Of a stretch of DNA of 64,000 nucleotides, positions 60,522 through 64,000 are shown piece after piece (position 1 is the first letter of the stretch; the number at the start of each line of letters is the position of its first letter). Origin of the DNA: an uncultured delta proteobacterium (GTDB lineage: Bacteria; Desulfobacterota; Binatia; Binatales; Binataceae); contig CAWKCZ010000002.1 of assembly GCA_963848285.1 (NCBI GenBank), forward strand, positions 327,002 to 391,001, in the 5' to 3' direction. Below the pieces are notes generated by a model. The model was given only the letters and a program-made list of their open reading frames with translations. It made no database searches and had not been told where the DNA came from. A program made the translations under genes and the position numbers.

Positions 60522-60581
60522 CGGGGGGAGCGGATGTGGGGGAGCGGGACCGGTGTGGAGGTGTGGGGCAAAGAAAGAGCG

Positions 60582-61988
60582 TCAGGCGCCGGCGGCCGGT
60601 AACGCGACCGTCACCGTCGTCCCCTCGCCAATCCGGCTCTCGATGTTCATCGTCCCCTGATGGAGCTGCACGATGTGTTTGACGATCGCCAACCCCAGGC
60701 CGGTGCCGCCTAACTCGCGCGAACGCGCCCGATCGACCCGATAGAAACGCTCGGTCAGGCGTGGAATGTCGGCGGCCGGAATTCCCTCGCCGGTATCGAT
60801 CACCTTCATTTCGATCATCGGCACCCCATTCTCGCCCGGTCGCTGAACGGCGAGGATCGCCTGCAAGGTGATTTTTCCATCGCGCGGCGTGTATTTGATC
60901 GCGTTGTCGATCAGGTTCACGAACACCTGATGCATCTTGTCGCGATCGGCACGAATCGGCGGCAACTGATCCTCACCCTCGATAAGCAGATTGATGCCGC
61001 CGCGGTCGGCGCGCTCGCGCATCAACTCGGCCGCATCTTCAAGGATGGTTTGTGGCGCGACCTCTTCGAGCTTGAGCGGAGTCAGCCCGCGTTCGAGATT
61101 GGATAGCGACAGCAGGTCATCGACCAAACGCGCAAGCCGTTTGGCCTGACGTTCGATGATGCCGAGGAAGCGTTTCTCGGTTTCAGGATCCTCAACCCCA
61201 TGTTCCAGGGTCTCGGCATAGCCATACAGCGCGGAGAGCGGAGTGCGGATCTCGTGGGTCAGGTTGGCCACGAAATCCGCGCGCATAGTTTCGTAGGTCT
61301 TGAGCTGCGTGATGTCGTGGAAAACGAACAGCCATGCGATGCCGTTTCCGCTGCCGCGCTTGACCGGCGCTGCGCTCACTGCGAGATAGCGCAGCGAAGG
61401 ATTCTGGATATGCACTTCGGCCGCGGTTATCGCGCCATTGGCCGAACCGGTCGAGCGGGCGACAAATTCCTGCAGGCGCGGATCGCGGCATAGCTCGATG
61501 AAGTCGCGGCCCGCGTAGTTGGCCTCGGCATTCAACGCGAAGGTCTTACGGGCCTGCCCGTTGAGCAGAATGACTTCGCCGCGGGTGCCGGTGACGACCA
61601 CCGCCTCGGTCATGCTGCGCAGGATCGCCTCCAGCTCATCGCGCTGTTCGGTCAGGGCGCCGATTTCCGCAATCACAGTATCTGCGCTTTGTAGCAGATT
61701 GCGCTCGGCGCGGCTCATCACGTCGCCGTCGTCGGGAATGACGTGGCCGGGCTGCCGGTGCGCGCGCAATGCGGCCGCCAGCGCCTCGATTCGTTCAGCA
61801 CGCCCGATGACGGAATCAGAAATCGCCCATACCGCAACACTGCCAGCTATCAGGCCGGTCATTATCGCGATTAGGCCCCACACGGGATAAAAAACGCCGG
61901 CGGTCATCATGACGACGAGCGCCAGCGCTGGAGGCAGGAAGCCGGCCGCCACCGCCGCGGCCGTTCGCAGGAAGACCGACCTAGTCAA
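60582..61988 (-). CDS. phoR: Phosphate-regulon sensor histidine kinase PhoR-like
   Basis: Intact 468-aa ORF with two N-terminal TM helices, a PAS-like region, the H-box FVANLTHEIRTPLSALYGYAETL, and HATPase N/G boxes (VNLIDNAIKYTP, DTGEGI, GGTGLGLAIVKH). It lies downstream of phoB, phoU and pstB. Confidence 0.8.
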   Translation of the reverse strand: MTRSVFLRTAAAVAAGFLPPALALVVMMTAGVFYPVWGLIAIMTGLIAGSVAVWAISDSVIGRAERIEALAAALRAHRQPGHVIPDDGDVMSRAERNLLQSADTVIAEIGALTEQRDELEAILRSMTEAVVVTGTRGEVILLNGQARKTFALNAEANYAGRDFIELCRDPRLQEFVARSTGSANGAITAAEVHIQNPSLRYLAVSAAPVKRGSGNGIAWLFVFHDITQLKTYETMRADFVANLTHEIRTPLSALYGYAETLEHGVEDPETEKRFLGIIERQAKRLARLVDDLLSLSNLERGLTPLKLEEVAPQTILEDAAELMRERADRGGINLLIEGEDQLPPIRADRDKMHQVFVNLIDNAIKYTPRDGKITLQAILAVQRPGENGVPMIEMKVIDTGEGIPAADIPRLTERFYRVDRARSRELGGTGLGLAIVKHIVQLHQGTMNIESRIGEGTTVTVALPAAGA

Positions 61989-62731
61989 GCGCCTCGGGGT
62001 TGAAGCGATATCCGACGCTGCGCACGGTCAGGATCAGCTCCGGATTGGCGTCATCCTTTTCGATGTGCTGGCGCAGACGGCGCACATGGACATCGACGGT
62101 GCGCGGTTCGACGAAGGTATCGCGGCCCCATACCAGGTCCAGCAGTTGCTCACGCGAATAGACGCGCATCGGATGCTCGACGAAGAAGCGCAGCAGCTCG
62201 AACTCGCGCAGCGCGAGCTCATGCTTCTTGCTATCGACGAAGACCTGGTAGGTGTCGAAGTCCATGCGGAGGCGCCCGCGCTCCCACATGCCCGGACTTG
62301 GGCGCCGCGACATCGGGATTGGCGCGCCGCAGCACCGCCTTCACGCGTGCGATCAGCTCGCGCGGACTAAAAGGTTTGACGACGTAATCGTCGGCGCCCA
62401 TCTCCAGGCCGAGGACTTTGTCGACCTCGGTGCCCTTGGCGGTGACGATCAGGATCGGCAAGGATGCGGTTTCCTTGGCGCTGCGCAGCACCCGGCAGAT
62501 TTCGAGGCCGGGCATGCCGGGCAGCATCAGGTCGAGCAGGATCAGGTCGGGCTGGCGGCGTTTGATGCGATCGAGGCCCTCGGCGCCGGTGGCCGCTTCC
62601 TCGACCGCATAGCCATCCTGCTCGAGGTTGAACTTGATCAGCTCGCGGATATCGGCGTCGTCCTCGATGATGAGGATCTTCTGACGCGGACCACGACTGG
62701 TTTGGGTCTGTACAGCTTCAGCCATTGCCAT
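61981..62731 (-). CDS. phoB: Phosphate-regulon response regulator PhoB-like (OmpR family; one frame change near 62290)
   Basis: Receiver domain KILIIEDDADIRELIKFNLEQDGY...DLILLDLMLPGMPGLEICR...ILIVTAKG...GADDYVVKPFSPRELIARV (ORF 62231..62731). Winged helix LALREFELLRFFVEHPMRVYSREQLLDLVWG...RTVDVHVRRLR...TVRSVGYRF (ORF 61981..62313). Confidence 0.85.
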
Positions 62732-62736
62732 GATGT

Positions 62737-63447
62737 TTACTCGTGGGTGCGATCTTTTTTGTCCATGTGTTTGATCATCTTGCCCTTCACCATGAAGGTC
62801 ACCATCTCGGCGATGTTCTCGGCATGGTCCGCGATTCGCTCCAGATATTTCGAGATGAACAAAATCCGCGTCGCACGCGCGATCAGGCGCGGATCTTCCG
62901 CCATGTAACTCAGCAGCTCGCGATAGACCTGGCGATTGAGGCCGTCAACTTCGTCGTCGCGCTCGCGCACCTGATCGGCCAGCTCGGTATCCTGGCGCAT
63001 GAAGGCGTCGATGCTGTCCTTGACCATCGACTGCGCGATCGAAGCCATCCGCGGGATATCGATGTAGGGTTTGATCTGTGGCTCTTCGTTCAATTCCAGC
63101 ACCCGTTCGGCGATATTCACCGCGTTATCGCCGATGCGCTCCAGATCGGTGGTGATCTTTAAACCAGTGGTGATGAAGCGCAGGTCGCTGCCGGCCGGCT
63201 GATGAAGCGCGAGCAGGCGGATGCAGGTCTCGTCGGTCTCGACATCCATGCGGTTGACTTCTTTGTCGCGCGCGATGACCTGGTTGGCTAACTCGGTGTC
63301 ACGATTGACCAGCGCATCGATGGCCTCGGCGATTTGCCGTTCGACCAGCCCGCCCATCTTGAGCAGGGTCGCGCGCAGGCCACGAAGCTCCTCCTCATAG
63401 CGCAAATTGGTATGCAGCGATTGCGGCTGATCCATGGCATCCCTCAC
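62737..63447 (-). CDS. phoU: Phosphate signalling complex protein PhoU
   Basis: Intact 236-aa ORF with two PhoU repeats (ANQVIARDKEVNRMD...DLERIGDNAVNIAERV and ADQVRERDDEVDGLN...YLERIADHAENIAEMV). Confidence 0.9.
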   Translation of the reverse strand: MRDAMDQPQSLHTNLRYEEELRGLRATLLKMGGLVERQIAEAIDALVNRDTELANQVIARDKEVNRMDVETDETCIRLLALHQPAGSDLRFITTGLKITTDLERIGDNAVNIAERVLELNEEPQIKPYIDIPRMASIAQSMVKDSIDAFMRQDTELADQVRERDDEVDGLNRQVYRELLSYMAEDPRLIARATRILFISKYLERIADHAENIAEMVTFMVKGKMIKHMDKKDRTHE

Positions 63448-63454
63448 AGGGCGC

Positions 63455-64000
63455 TCATCCGAAGCGCCCGGTTATATAGTCTTCGGTCTCCCGCCGGTTG
63501 GGGTTGGTAAAAATTTGCCGGGTTTCGCCGTACTCGATCAGCTCGCCGGCGTAGAAGAACGCGGTCATGTCCGCTGTACGTGCCGCCTGCTGCATATTGT
63601 GCGTCACTATCACGATAGTGTAGTTGGCTTTCAGCTCTATCAATAGCTCCTCGATGCGCGCGGTCGAGATCGGATCGAGCGCCGAGCACGGCTCATCCAT
63701 CAGCAGGACCTCGGGCTCGACGGCGAGGGCGCGCGCGACGCATAGACGCTGCTGCTGACCGCCGGAAAGGCTACCGCCGGGGACGCGCAGGCGATCCTTC
63801 ACCTCTTCCCAGAGGGCCGCCTGTTTGAGACATCGCTCTACAACCTGATCCTTTTCGGAGCGGCTAAGGCTGATGCCATTGAGTTTGAGGCCGGCAGCGA
63901 CATTATCCTCGATCGACATAGTGGGGAATGGCGTCGGTTTTTGGAAAACCATCCCGATTCGGCGCCGAACCTGCACCGGATCAACTTCGGTATGCGTAGA
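63455..64000 (-). CDS. pstB: Phosphate ABC transporter ATP-binding protein PstB (5' end outside the window)
   Basis: [24 protein letters not shown], signature [14 protein letters not shown], Walker [12 protein letters not shown], and C-terminus [10 protein letters not shown] (ORF 63455..63976). The frame stays open to 64000. Confidence 0.9.
   Translation of the reverse strand, partial: STHTEVDPVQVRRRIGMVFQKPTPFPTMSIEDNVAAGLKLNGISLSRSEKDQVVERCLKQAALWEEVKDRLRVPGGSLSGGQQQRLCVARALAVEPEVLLMDEPCSALDPISTARIEELLIELKANYTIVIVTHNMQQAARTADMTAFFYAGELIEYGETRQIFTNPNRRETEDYITGRFG

Noticed and set aside
60515-60547. Short direct repeats GGGGGAGCGG as a possible CRISPR array.
   Set aside because: There are only three ~10-nt units with irregular spacers of 0-5 nt. 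No repeat/spacer periodicity of CRISPR size exists and no cas genes are in the window.
60171-60602. 143-codon ORF, and overlapping ORFs 60283..60660 and 60398..60682, in the phoR-distal gap.
   Set aside because: The translations are Gly/Arg/Pro-rich and driven by the G-rich repeats. All three frames are open at once, and there is no start context or recognisable domain.
1-64000. Search for tRNA, rRNA, riboswitch-like leaders, toxin-antitoxin pairs, restriction-modification, CRISPR-Cas or other defence systems, prophage or integrase genes.
   Set aside because: I could support none of these. No T-loop-like GGTTCGAATCC-type sequences were seen, nor any nuclease/helicase/methylase defence-type ORFs or recombinases. 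By-eye scanning can miss small RNAs, so Infernal and tRNAscan should still be run.

Overview
High-GC chromosomal segment (roughly 60-65% by eye) from a diderm bacterium, judged from LolA, DUF1329 and Wzx/Wzy-type polysaccharide genes. I recognised no rRNA, tRNA, CRISPR, transposase, integrase, phage or defence-system genes. Content from left to right: comEC fragment, ArsR+SRPBCC pair, uvrC, SDR, bcp. Then a minus-strand block headed by an ECF sigma factor: seven tandem VOC (glyoxalase/bleomycin-resistance fold) modules, an O-methyltransferase, an MmcQ/YjbR protein, a TetA-like MFS pump and a VOC remnant (5.3-12.2 kb). Next an arsenosugar-type triad (TIGR04282-like, TIGR04283-like, ArsS). Then a plus-strand lipid block behind a TetR gene (15.4-25.1 kb): HAD-IB, a LarA-like protein, a ~4.4 kb reductase/acyl-AMP ligase/ACP/PlsC-acyltransferase fusion resembling the myxobacterial ether-lipid enzyme ElbD, a PLC/P1-nuclease-fold protein, a dual-specificity phosphatase and phosphatidylcholine synthase. 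Housekeeping genes follow (Mrp-like ATPase, DksA-like, rimO, lolA, ftsK, rnj, ssb, ilvB) with assorted redox and hydrolase genes. A 12-gene Wzx/Wzy-type polysaccharide locus occupies 45.0-59.5 kb. A 1 kb non-coding region carries inverted repeats and G-rich hairpins, followed by phoR-phoB-phoU-pstB. Caveat: left of ~44.9 kb almost every longer gene, including essential ones, is split over several reading frames, so this part looks indel-rich (probably assembly error). Boundaries given for those genes are reconstructed by eye and are approximate. From 44,974 onward only 2 of 16 genes need a frame change. The two most interesting candidates are the ECF/VOC array and the ElbD-like lipid block. 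Neither is proven novel from sequence alone.
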